Shown here one piece after another: positions 48,384 to 57,536 of a DNA stretch of 64,000 nt. Location of the stretch: positions 169-64,168 of the forward strand of contig CAYZUX010000008.1 in NCBI GenBank assembly GCA_964481775.1, read 5' to 3'. The notes under the pieces were generated by a model. That model was not told the DNA's origin. It worked only from the letters and a program-made list of their open reading frames with translations, and did no database searches. The first letter of the stretch is position 1. Every line of letters begins with the position of its first letter. The DNA is from an uncultured bacterium (lineage in GTDB: Bacteria; Hinthialibacterota; Hinthialibacteria; OLB16). The position numbers and the translations under genes were made by a program.

Positions 48384-50374
48384 ACCGGCAGGTCTGGGGA
48401 TGGAGAGGATTCGGGGGGAGTCCTCAGGAAGACTTCCATCACCGCGCCTTCCTGGTTGCCCCGGTTGGAAGGGACCAGACGGCCCTGGTGAATATCGACA
48501 ATGATGCTGTGGACCCAGGCCAGGCCCAAACCGCCCTGCCGTTTCTTCGTGGTAAAATCGAAATGGAAAATCTGTTGGAGTTCCACTCCCTCCAGGCGTT
48601 GTCCAAATGGATTCTGGAATCCTGTCCCGTTATCCACCACTCGCAACACTGCCCAGCCATTGGATTGATGGCAGTCGATCTCGACTTTGCCGGGTGGAGT
48701 CGGATGTTCGGCTTGCCTTTCCGCAATCGCCTGAGTCGCATTGGCCAAAAGGTTGAAGAGTACCAGCTTGAGCAGTCTCGGATCTGCATGGGCAACGGGG
48801 CTGGTTTCCCCCTTGAGGAGTTCATAAACCACTTGCCGTGATGTGGAGTGGCGGTAAAGCTCGATGACCTCCGCGACCAGGGAATTGAGATCCACACATT
48901 CGAACTGAGGTTCGCGGGTGTAGCTGAATGCCCGGTAGACATTGACAACCTCCTGAAGCAGTACCGTGGTCCTGCGGAGCCCCTCAACAGCGGCATGAAC
49001 CATCTCTTTCTTCTCTCCCGGGACTTCCACGATGCCACGGCGGAAAGCAGTCCGGAGAGTCTCAAGTTCCAACCGCCCGGTGGCCAGGATATTGGTCAGG
49101 TCATGGCCCATGCTGGCCGAAAGATCGATGCTGACTTCATAACGTCCACGATCCAGAGCCTCCAGACGTTCCAGGGAACGGGTGAGGATTAATCCCAGCT
49201 GACGGACCAGCCCCCGGAAATAGGGTAATGCCAGGCCGGGGGTATCCTCGCTGCGTGGAAGGGCGGCCAGGAGCAGCCCCATCCTTTGGCCACGCCGCTG
49301 GACCACTCCGCCAAACCAGATCCTCGCATGACTGGCAGGATTCCCCATGGATAACTTTCCAGCTGAGGGATCCTGGAAAAGCATGTCCCCTTCGGACTCG
49401 CTGGTTTTTGCGAACCAGGCCAGATCTCCCGGTTCAGGACAAGTGATCTCATCTCCTCCAGATCCTTTCCACCGCGAGAGGATGACATTGGATGCAAGGT
49501 TTTCAGCACCATCGAAGGGTATCCAGGCGGCTCGATCATACCCCATGCCCACCTGAATCAGGTTCATCGCCTCCGTCCAGAATGAGGCATCCTCTCCAGG
49601 GAGTTTTTGGGCGGGCTCTCCCAGGTGTTCGCCCAAATCTGAAAGGTCGAAATGAACAGCGGTCAGACGAGTGCCACGGGCCATGGAGTTGTAGGCTCGT
49701 TCCACCTCGTGCCTGGGGCGTACGATGATGGGGGGAGGCTGATCTGGAGGACTGGCCAGGGCGCGGGCGATCCGTGCCAGAGGGCGGATTGCACCTGTGA
49801 ACAGCAGGAAGGCGATAAGGAGGTTGGAGAGTGTGAAAACAAGGGCATAAACACGGTACTCGATCACCAGGTCGTGAACCTCGGGGATTTCCGGCCAGCT
49901 CACGAGATGAACCCAGACCTCATACCCCTCCGAAACCGTTCCACGTGCGGTGAATTCGAAGTTGCGTGTGAACAGGCAGTTGCTCCAGGTGTTGAAGACC
50001 TTTCTCTTGTCTTCGGCATTGGCTGGTTCTTCGCGGAAAAGCACCTCGCCGGAGGCATTTGTCACCTCGAAGAATACCGCGGGAAAATCGGGTTGGCTGA
50101 TGAGGGTATAGACATCCCTCGAGGCTTGCCGGATCTCCTCCTTCACCACAGCGGATTGGACCAGGCCACTTGCACGGATTCCCTTCATCCGGCGTTGGAT
50201 CTCGGTCAGGGGACGTTTCTTCTCGATGATGATGTCTTTTTTCTTGAGATTGAAATTATTCTCCATCAAGGCAAGCACCAGGATCTCGATCACCACCACA
50301 GCAGCCACGAGTGCCACGGTGAGCAGGCGGAAACGGTAACGCCCCGAAAGTGAACGCACCCTGGTGGAGGTCAT
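48380..50374 (-). CDS. Membrane sensor histidine kinase (TM-periplasmic-TM-HAMP-GAF-like-HisKA-HATPase)
   Basis: Two TMs, IRPLARIA (HAMP), H-box SMGHDLTN, N-box NLLANATQA, DNGTG and DFTTK..GGLGL; ATGA overlap with waaF. Confidence 0.88.
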   Translation of the reverse strand: MTSTRVRSLSGRYRFRLLTVALVAAVVVIEILVLALMENNFNLKKKDIIIEKKRPLTEIQRRMKGIRASGLVQSAVVKEEIRQASRDVYTLISQPDFPAVFFEVTNASGEVLFREEPANAEDKRKVFNTWSNCLFTRNFEFTARGTVSEGYEVWVHLVSWPEIPEVHDLVIEYRVYALVFTLSNLLIAFLLFTGAIRPLARIARALASPPDQPPPIIVRPRHEVERAYNSMARGTRLTAVHFDLSDLGEHLGEPAQKLPGEDASFWTEAMNLIQVGMGYDRAAWIPFDGAENLASNVILSRWKGSGGDEITCPEPGDLAWFAKTSESEGDMLFQDPSAGKLSMGNPASHARIWFGGVVQRRGQRMGLLLAALPRSEDTPGLALPYFRGLVRQLGLILTRSLERLEALDRGRYEVSIDLSASMGHDLTNILATGRLELETLRTAFRRGIVEVPGEKKEMVHAAVEGLRRTTVLLQEVVNVYRAFSYTREPQFECVDLNSLVAEVIELYRHSTSRQVVYELLKGETSPVAHADPRLLKLVLFNLLANATQAIAERQAEHPTPPGKVEIDCHQSNGWAVLRVVDNGTGFQNPFGQRLEGVELQQIFHFDFTTKKRQGGLGLAWVHSIIVDIHQGRLVPSNRGNQEGAVMEVFLRTPPESSPSPDLPV

Positions 50375-50396
50375 GGATGCTGTTTCCTTGTTTGAA

Positions 50397-52409
50397 TTAC
50401 TTCCATTCTGATGGATTCTCCCCAGTCAGCACCTGGAAGAGGCTCCAGACACAAGGGTTCGAGTAATAATGAATTCCCCAGCGGATCGCACCGGTTTCAC
50501 GGTCCAGGCACCAGGGGATGTTCCAGGGGGTTTTCTGGAGCAGCGCGATGTTCTCATAGCTCCGGTTGAAGAGGGTGATCGCCTCCTCCTTCATCCCCGA
50601 CGCTGCAGCCATCGCACAGAAGCACCACACCTCGCCGATGGTGATGACCGAGGAGTGGTCCTTGAAGCTCTCATCCACCTTCCCATCCGGTCCCACCCCA
50701 TTCACCGCGCCAAAGGGGGTGGCGGCCACATTGAGTTTGAACACACTCTGAATATGTTTGGTGAGTTGATCCCTGGACACCAGATCCGGCAGTCCATTGC
50801 ATGCGGCGAACCATTGGCCGCACAGGGCATTGGTCAATAAGGTGTTGCTGATGCGCTTTCCAGTGGTGTCGTTGTAAAGGCGGTAATACTCGCCGGTCCA
50901 CAATTTCTGATCAAAGGATTTTGAACCCTTTTCGAACAGGGCTTTGAGTTCCTCTGCGAATGCGGTATCACCCGCTGCCTGTGCCATCTGCTCTCCCGCT
51001 TTAAGTGCTGCAAGGCAGAGGCTCCCGGTGTAGGAACTCACCCCCCACCAGGGCCAAATGTCGTAATACTGGTTGGCCGGGAAACCAGTTTCGCTGCCGG
51101 GATCCTCATCCGCCAGCCCATCTCCATCTTTGTCGAGGGTCATGGCGAACTGAAGTGCTTTCTTGACCGTGGGATACATCTCCTTCAGGTAGGCTGTGTC
51201 TTTCCAGAGCAGTTGGTTGCGCCAGCAAAGCAGGACAAACTCGGTGGAGACAATCGGGTGCTGGCAGTGGAAATAGGGGGACTTGGAGCCCATCGGGATG
51301 CCGAAGCCGAAGGGGATTTCGCCGTTGGGCACTTGTGCGGCGGCGACCTGGCCCATTGTGGCCTTCTCCAGCTCCGGCCAGAAAAGCGCCAGAGGAAGCG
51401 AACCATAAAAACGGCACACAAAGGTCTCGGTGATCGCACAACCGGTAAAAGACTCACTCTGGAAGAAACGTCCGTCATCCATCCACCAGGAATTCCGTGC
51501 GAGGATATACAAGCCATTGATAACCGCATCCTTTAGTTGATCTGACACGTTGCTCCGGTAGACCTGTTCCTGCCAGGCACAGATTTTTTTGTCGATCTCA
51601 GTAGTTTGAGGGAGAACTGCTGTCAGCACCTCGGCTGCGTTTGAGTACCCCTGGGAGTATCGGTGTTTCAGTGCCTCGTGGTCGCTGGAGGTCCATTGCG
51701 GGAAATGCCAACCCACCCCGAAGGTGATCACACGTGTTTCGCCCGACATGAGGCTGGCACGCGCCTCCAGGCGGGTGACATCCGCTTGTCCCATCAGGGG
51801 TGTCAGGTCCCAGCCTTCGCCCATCGCCCCGATGGCATAGGTCCCCGAAGCAGCATTGATGAGGCACACATTGGCATCCCCCTCGGTGGGATATGGAGAT
51901 CCAGCCCCAGACCAGTTCAGGGCGATGGTGACGGGAGCGCCTTTCTTTCCCTGGTTGGTGACAGTAAAGCTGAACAACGCGGCGGGTAACGCCGAGAGGG
52001 TGTAATCATGTGGAATCAGGGGGGAGAACGCTCGGATGGAACACCTAATCCCATTCAGGTCTCCACACTCGATGTCCGCTGCGGGGAAGTGCCCCCAGAA
52101 ACGGGTGGCGATCCGGTTGTGCGCACTGGACCCAAACCCATAGGTTCTCTCTCCCACACTGATCTCGAAGCCACAGTTGGCGGAGACAGGCTTGGGCTTG
52201 AGCCAATCGTTCTCGCAGGAGGTGGCCCCGAAGGTGCCATCCGAGTTCAGTTCGATGAAGCCGGTTCCGAGTGCCCCCAAAGGCATGGCGCTGGTGGCCT
52301 CCCCGGCCTCGTACCAGACACCCGCTACCGGGACTTTGAAGCCAGCCGGGGTGAAGGTGTCAAACTGAGGTGCGGCAACCAAGAGGGAAAGTAGAGGCAG
52401 GATTGGCAT
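50397..52409 (-). CDS. Glycoside hydrolase family 116 (beta-glucosidase/glucosylceramidase-like)
   Basis: MPLGALGTGFIEL, AFSPLIPHDY.LSALP, NQYYDIW, YTGSL.LAAL, LWTGEYY and LCGQWFA; SD AGGAG before ATG 52409. Confidence 0.85.
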   Translation of the reverse strand: MPILPLLSLLVAAPQFDTFTPAGFKVPVAGVWYEAGEATSAMPLGALGTGFIELNSDGTFGATSCENDWLKPKPVSANCGFEISVGERTYGFGSSAHNRIATRFWGHFPAADIECGDLNGIRCSIRAFSPLIPHDYTLSALPAALFSFTVTNQGKKGAPVTIALNWSGAGSPYPTEGDANVCLINAASGTYAIGAMGEGWDLTPLMGQADVTRLEARASLMSGETRVITFGVGWHFPQWTSSDHEALKHRYSQGYSNAAEVLTAVLPQTTEIDKKICAWQEQVYRSNVSDQLKDAVINGLYILARNSWWMDDGRFFQSESFTGCAITETFVCRFYGSLPLALFWPELEKATMGQVAAAQVPNGEIPFGFGIPMGSKSPYFHCQHPIVSTEFVLLCWRNQLLWKDTAYLKEMYPTVKKALQFAMTLDKDGDGLADEDPGSETGFPANQYYDIWPWWGVSSYTGSLCLAALKAGEQMAQAAGDTAFAEELKALFEKGSKSFDQKLWTGEYYRLYNDTTGKRISNTLLTNALCGQWFAACNGLPDLVSRDQLTKHIQSVFKLNVAATPFGAVNGVGPDGKVDESFKDHSSVITIGEVWCFCAMAAASGMKEEAITLFNRSYENIALLQKTPWNIPWCLDRETGAIRWGIHYYSNPCVWSLFQVLTGENPSEWK

Positions 52410-52499
52410 GATTGGTTCTCCTGAGGAGACGATGAATCGCGGAAAAGATCCGTCAATACACCGAGTATAGAACAATGGTTTAAGGTAGGGCAGCAGATA

Positions 52500-52548
52500 T
52501 CACCCCCCAAATCCCGTCGCCCCGCGGGAGAGGGATTTAGGGGTGAGG
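52500..52548. repeat. Palindromic MITE-like element, family C (single hairpin)
   Basis: TCACCCCCCAAATCCC..CCCCGCGGG..GGGATTTAGGGGTGAGG. Confidence 0.7.
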
Positions 52549-52665
52549 TTTTTGTTGCCGCATCACTCCAACAAAGTACTAGCACTCTGGACTGAGAGGT
52601 TCATACTGAGTCATCTTCCCGCCCCATCCTCCTGGGGATGGTGTGCATTTCAAGGAGGAACATCA

Positions 52666-54408
52666 ATGAATCGCCGTACATTCCTTCGGGCCTCCGGTTC
52701 CGGAGCCGTGCTGTTGTTTTCAGGAATCACTGGAATGGGAAAGGATCAGGTCATGGCTTCGAATCGGGCTCGTGCATGGATGAAGGACTTCTCACGGCTG
52801 GAGAACAGGAACCAGAACCGTTCGGATGTAATCGGTTCGCACGGTATGGTCTGCACCAGTCAGCCGTTGGCCAGCCTGGCGGGACTCGACATTCTCCGCA
52901 AAGGGGGGAATGCCATCGATGCGGCGGTTGCGGCAAATGCGATGCTTGGACTGGTGGAGCCGATGAGCTGTGGCCTGGGTGGAGACCTCTTTGCCATCCT
53001 GTGGGTTGAGAAAGAAAAGAAACTTTTTGGTTTGAACGCCAGTGGACGGGCTCCCGCGAATTGGAGCATCGAGGCCGCGAAGAACCTTGGTTTGACAGAG
53101 ATCCCGGGTAGAAGTCCACTCTCCTGGAGTGTGCCGGGTTGCGCGAGTGGATGGGGATTGCTGCTCGAACGGTTCGGACAGATCGGGATCAGGGAGGTTT
53201 TGGCTCCGGTGATCCAATATGCGCGTGAGGGCTTCCCTCTCTCTCCACAGATTGCTTCCAACTGGGGCTTCAATCCAAAAGATTCGCCAACCCTTGGAGA
53301 AACCTATCTCCCGGAAGGAACCGCGCCTCAGTGTGGAGACATCTTTCGTAATCCGGAACTGGCCTCCACCCTGGAGATCCTGGCCCGGGATGGAGCGATG
53401 GCTTTCTACCAGGGGGATATCGCGGAACGGATCGTGAAGTTCTCGCAGAAGCAGGGAGGGCGTTTCGAAATCGGCGATTTCCACAATCACAAGGCGGACT
53501 GGGTGGAGCCGGTATCCACCAGTTACCGTGGCTTTGATGTGTGGGAGCTGCCGCCCAATGGTCAAGGCATTGCAGCCTTGCAGATTCTGAACCTGCTGGA
53601 GATCTTCGACATCGGCGCTCTCGAAATGAACTCGGCGCAGCACCTCCACCTGTTCATTGAAGCGAAGAAACTCGTATATGAGGACAGAGCCGTTTTTTAT
53701 GCTGACATGGACTTTACCGATGTGCCCATCGATTGGCTGATCTCGAAGGAGTATGCGCGCGAGAGGGCGAAGTTAATCGATCCCGCACGAGCTGCGGAAC
53801 GTGTCCTGCCGGGCAAAGCTCCTGGATCGGAGACCATCTACCTGACCGCCTCGGATGGCGAGGGGAATATGGTCTCATTGATCCAGAGCATCTATGCCGG
53901 CTGGGGATCACGCTTTGTTCCCGATCATCTGGGGTTTGCGTTGCAGAATCGAGGAGAACTTTTTTCACTGAATCCCGCTGACCGGAACTGCCTCAAGCCG
54001 GGCAAGCGGCCTTTTCACACCATCATCCCCGCGTTTGTCACCGGGCAGGGCAGGCCGGTGTATTCCTTTGGAGTGATGGGTGGTGATTTCCAACCGCAAG
54101 GCCACACCCAGGTCCTGATGAATCTCATCGATTTCGGCCTTTCGCCCCAACAAGCCGGAGAACAACCTCGTGTCCAGCATTCCGGCAGCTCGACTCCTAC
54201 AGGCAACAGGATGAAAGGGGGGGGAACGGTCACTCTCGAGAATCTGATTTCAGACAAAGTGCGAGCCCAGCTGGTGGAGCTGGGGCATCAGGTGAAAGAA
54301 GGAGTAGGATCTTTCGGCAGTTACCAGGGCATCTGGAGAGAGGACAACCCCTTGAGGTACTTCGGTGGCTCCGATCCACGTCACGATGGTTGCGCGATGG
54401 GATACTGA
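52666..54408 (+). CDS. ggt: Gamma-glutamyltransferase with twin-arginine signal peptide
   Basis: MNRRTFLR Tat motif after SD AGGAGG; GGNAIDAAVA, CGLGGDLF, SVPG, nucleophile Thr in ETIYL, KRPFHTIIP and GVMGG..QPQGH. Confidence 0.93.
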   Translation: MNRRTFLRASGSGAVLLFSGITGMGKDQVMASNRARAWMKDFSRLENRNQNRSDVIGSHGMVCTSQPLASLAGLDILRKGGNAIDAAVAANAMLGLVEPMSCGLGGDLFAILWVEKEKKLFGLNASGRAPANWSIEAAKNLGLTEIPGRSPLSWSVPGCASGWGLLLERFGQIGIREVLAPVIQYAREGFPLSPQIASNWGFNPKDSPTLGETYLPEGTAPQCGDIFRNPELASTLEILARDGAMAFYQGDIAERIVKFSQKQGGRFEIGDFHNHKADWVEPVSTSYRGFDVWELPPNGQGIAALQILNLLEIFDIGALEMNSAQHLHLFIEAKKLVYEDRAVFYADMDFTDVPIDWLISKEYARERAKLIDPARAAERVLPGKAPGSETIYLTASDGEGNMVSLIQSIYAGWGSRFVPDHLGFALQNRGELFSLNPADRNCLKPGKRPFHTIIPAFVTGQGRPVYSFGVMGGDFQPQGHTQVLMNLIDFGLSPQQAGEQPRVQHSGSSTPTGNRMKGGGTVTLENLISDKVRAQLVELGHQVKEGVGSFGSYQGIWREDNPLRYFGGSDPRHDGCAMGY

Positions 54409-54433
54409 CTGCCAAGCTGGTTGAGCGACCGGG

Positions 54434-55273
54434 TCAGGGTGTTTTCTGCCCTGATTGTTCGTAGACCCGCACATAGTCGATCAGGTACTTTTGCGGGAAA
54501 ATGCTGTCATCGATTTCGCCACCCCAGGCACCTCCCAGGGCCAGGTTGATCAGGAGGAAGAAGGGTTTCCGGAAACGGTTGTCTTCACCCTTACCCGCCT
54601 CATCGATGAGGAAGGTGTTGTATTTTTTCTCATCAAAAAAGAAGTCGATGCGGTCTTCGAACCATTCGATGGCATAGACATGGAAATCATTGAAGGGTGC
54701 CTGTGTCTCGATCTTGTTGCCTTTGAAAGTGTGCTTCCCATCGACATCATAGTGGACAGTGCCATGGATATGGTTCGGGTCATGCCCCACGAACTCCATG
54801 ATGTCGATCTCACCACACAGAGGCCAGCCAATCTCCTTGAAATTGGTTCCCAGCATCCAGATCGCGGGCCAGACACCCTTGCCTTGTGGTAGTTTGGCAC
54901 GGACCTCGATCCGTCCATATCTCCAGCTGGCCTTACCCAGTGTGATCAGGCTGGCTGCGGTGTACTGAGCAAACTCACGTTCCCTGATCCAATCCGTGGG
55001 GGATGTCTTGTAGAGAGGATTTCGGACAGGTTCTTTGCGTCCCTCGATCACAAGCACTCCATTTTCGACGCGTGAATTCTCGAGACGTTCACGCTGGTAA
55101 TACTGGCCCTCAAAGTTGCGGACCAGGCCTTCCTCATAATCCCATTTTGTTTTGTCGGGTAAGCCGGTGTAGTCAAACTCATCGGACCAGACCAGTTTCC
55201 ATTCCGTTGCCGGGACTGCGGTGGTTGCCATCATCACGATAGCAGAAAGTAAAAGGTTCGTTTGCATGATCAT
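54434..55273 (-). CDS. Glycoside hydrolase family 16 (laminarinase-like)
   Basis: WSDEFD, YGRIEVRAKLP, WPAIWMLG, catalytic GEIDIME, FHVYAIEW and DYVRVY. Confidence 0.94.
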   Translation of the reverse strand: MIMQTNLLLSAIVMMATTAVPATEWKLVWSDEFDYTGLPDKTKWDYEEGLVRNFEGQYYQRERLENSRVENGVLVIEGRKEPVRNPLYKTSPTDWIREREFAQYTAASLITLGKASWRYGRIEVRAKLPQGKGVWPAIWMLGTNFKEIGWPLCGEIDIMEFVGHDPNHIHGTVHYDVDGKHTFKGNKIETQAPFNDFHVYAIEWFEDRIDFFFDEKKYNTFLIDEAGKGEDNRFRKPFFLLINLALGGAWGGEIDDSIFPQKYLIDYVRVYEQSGQKTP

Positions 55274-55288
55274 ACTCCGTTTTTAAGA

Positions 55289-55374
55289 CCTCATTCCCAA
55301 CTCCATCTTCCACAGGGCGAGGGGGCAATTCACACCCTTTCTCTCTTTGGGAGAAGGGGATTGGGAGGATGAGG
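55289..55374. repeat. Palindromic MITE-like element, family C (double hairpin)
   Basis: Termini CCTCATTCCCAA / TTGGGAGGATGAGG; internal AGGGCGAGGGGG and GGGAGAAGGGG; homologous to 60283-60370. Confidence 0.7.
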
Positions 55375-55420
55375 TGGTCCGTAGTACCCTCTTCAAAACT
55401 CAGAAGGAGGATAAAGGTAA

Positions 55421-57475
55421 ATGACCCCAGTCTCCAGATTCATTCTCCTGGCTGGATTGTTGTGCTCGTTTCAGTCTCAAGCGTCTGATCTCCCCAATGA
55501 TAAGACCTTCACCAATTCAATCGGGATGACTCTGGTTCGAATCGAACCCGGGACTTTTTCGATGGGTACACCGGATGAACCTTTGCCCGATGGTCTCACC
55601 CATCCCAAGGAGGCCAATGGAGTTGATTCCATCCATGTCCCCAAGACAGGTGACTTCGATGAACGGCCAGTTCACCAGGTTGCACTCACAAAGCCTTTTT
55701 TTATGGGAACTACCGAGGTGACCAACCAGCAGTACGAGGAGTTCGATCCGCTTCATGCTTACCTGAGGGGTAAGCATGGCTTCTCCATTGATCATGACGA
55801 GGCTGCTGTGTTCATCTCCTGGGAAGAAGCCAATGCATTCTGCGAGTGGCTCTCCAGGAAAGAGGGGCTACCCTACCGGCTTCCCACCGAGGCGGAGTGG
55901 GAATATGCCTGCCGCGCGGGAACGACTACCCCTTTTTCCACCGGCGAAGCCTTACCGGAGGGATGTGTCAAAAATCCTGACAACAGCTGGTACCCCGAAC
56001 CCACAAGGAGCCGTGGCAGGGAGGAAGTGGTCCCTCTCCATGTGGGCAAGACACCCGCCAATCCCTGGGGGCTGTATGATATGCATGGCAATGTGGAGGA
56101 GTGGTGCCATGATTGGTATGGACCTTACTCGAGTGATTCGAGCTCGGACCCAGCCGGACCTGAAAAGGGGGATTTCAAGGTCACACGCGGTGGGAGCCAT
56201 GGCACTGTGGCCTATTACCTGCGTTCCTCCAACCGCATGGGCACTCTTCCCGAGGACAAGACCTTCATGATCGGCTTCCGGGTGGTGATCGGATCCCTGC
56301 CGGAGAGTAAGCCCTCACAGACCTGGCCTGTTCCGCTCAGCCAGCAACAGGTTCGTCAGGAGATTCCGGCGAATGTGACTCAAGGACCAGATCCCAACAC
56401 CCCTTACTTCAAAGGTCCACGCAAGTATGTCCATATTCCTGCAGGGTCGGAGGGACCCCTTTTCTCGCATCACAACCATGATCCCGGTATCGCGGAGTGT
56501 CCGAATGGCGACCTGCTGGCGATCTGGTACAGCACTGTCACTGAGAGAGGGCGTGAACTCGGTCTGGCCGCAAGCCGTCTCCGTTATGGTGCCGAGGAGT
56601 GGGAGAGCGCTTCACCCTTCTGGGATGCGCCAGACCGGAATGACCATGCGCCCGCGCTCTGGCATGATGGCAGGGGTCGGCTCTACTTTTTTGTGGGTCT
56701 TTCCAATGCCGCCACCTGGGGACCATTGGCGATTGTCATGAGAACATCAGATGATAGTGGGGCAAGTTGGTCGAAGGCACTGCCTGTGATACCCGAACAT
56801 GTGGGACGTCACCAGCCAGTCGAGTCGGTCATCCAGGCCCGGGATGGTGCCATAATCCTGCCCTGCGACAGTTATCCCGGTGGTCTCGGAGGAACAGCCC
56901 TCCATTTGAGTTATGACCAAGGCCAGACCTGGACAGATCCAGGCGGATCCATCCGTGGAATCCATGGAGGAGTGGTTCAACTGAAAGACGGGCGCTTGAT
57001 GGGGCTTGGCCGCGGGCAATCCATAGAGGACAAAATGCCCAAGAGCCTCTCCTCCGATATGGGCAAGACCTGGACCTATGAACCCAGCATTTTCCCTCCG
57101 ATCGGCGGTGGGCAACGTCTCGCATTGCTGCGCCTGAAAGAGGGGCCTCTCTTTTTCGCTTCTTTCAGTCGTGAGCCGCTGATGGTAACGGATGCCTCTG
57201 GCAAGCAACGACCGGTGACAGGGCTGTTTGGCGCCATCTCCTATGATGAGGGGGTCACTTGGCCCAGGATGAGGCTCATCAGTGATGATGGCCCCGGGCG
57301 TGAGGTGGAAGCGATGGATGGACGTCCCTTTACGCTCAGCGTGAGCAGTGGTGAGCCGAATGGGTACCTCTCGGTCTGTCAGGGGCTGGATGGAGTGATC
57401 CACCTGATCAGCAGCCAGCAGCATTACGCCTTCAACTTGAAGTGGCTGGAGACTCCGCCTCCGGCTGTGCAGTGA
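55421..57475 (+). CDS. SUMF1/FGE-sulfatase-domain plus BNR/Asp-box sialidase-like fusion protein
   Basis: RLPTEAEWEYACRAG, NPWGLYDMHGNVEEW and RGGS, then four Asp boxes (SDDSGASW, SYDQGQTW, SSDMGKTW, SYDEGVTW); signal peptide. Confidence 0.88.
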   Translation: MTPVSRFILLAGLLCSFQSQASDLPNDKTFTNSIGMTLVRIEPGTFSMGTPDEPLPDGLTHPKEANGVDSIHVPKTGDFDERPVHQVALTKPFFMGTTEVTNQQYEEFDPLHAYLRGKHGFSIDHDEAAVFISWEEANAFCEWLSRKEGLPYRLPTEAEWEYACRAGTTTPFSTGEALPEGCVKNPDNSWYPEPTRSRGREEVVPLHVGKTPANPWGLYDMHGNVEEWCHDWYGPYSSDSSSDPAGPEKGDFKVTRGGSHGTVAYYLRSSNRMGTLPEDKTFMIGFRVVIGSLPESKPSQTWPVPLSQQQVRQEIPANVTQGPDPNTPYFKGPRKYVHIPAGSEGPLFSHHNHDPGIAECPNGDLLAIWYSTVTERGRELGLAASRLRYGAEEWESASPFWDAPDRNDHAPALWHDGRGRLYFFVGLSNAATWGPLAIVMRTSDDSGASWSKALPVIPEHVGRHQPVESVIQARDGAIILPCDSYPGGLGGTALHLSYDQGQTWTDPGGSIRGIHGGVVQLKDGRLMGLGRGQSIEDKMPKSLSSDMGKTWTYEPSIFPPIGGGQRLALLRLKEGPLFFASFSREPLMVTDASGKQRPVTGLFGAISYDEGVTWPRMRLISDDGPGREVEAMDGRPFTLSVSSGEPNGYLSVCQGLDGVIHLISSQQHYAFNLKWLETPPPAVQ

Positions 57476-57488
57476 AAAAAACCACATT

Positions 57489-57526
57489 CCCCCTCTCCCT
57501 GTGGGGAGAGGGGGGCAGGGGGTGAG
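57489..57526. repeat. Family C half element between convergent genes
   Basis: CCCCCTCTCCC-TGT-GGGGAGAGGGGG-CAGGGGGTGAGG. Confidence 0.7.
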
Positions 57527-57536
57527 GTGGGGTCTC

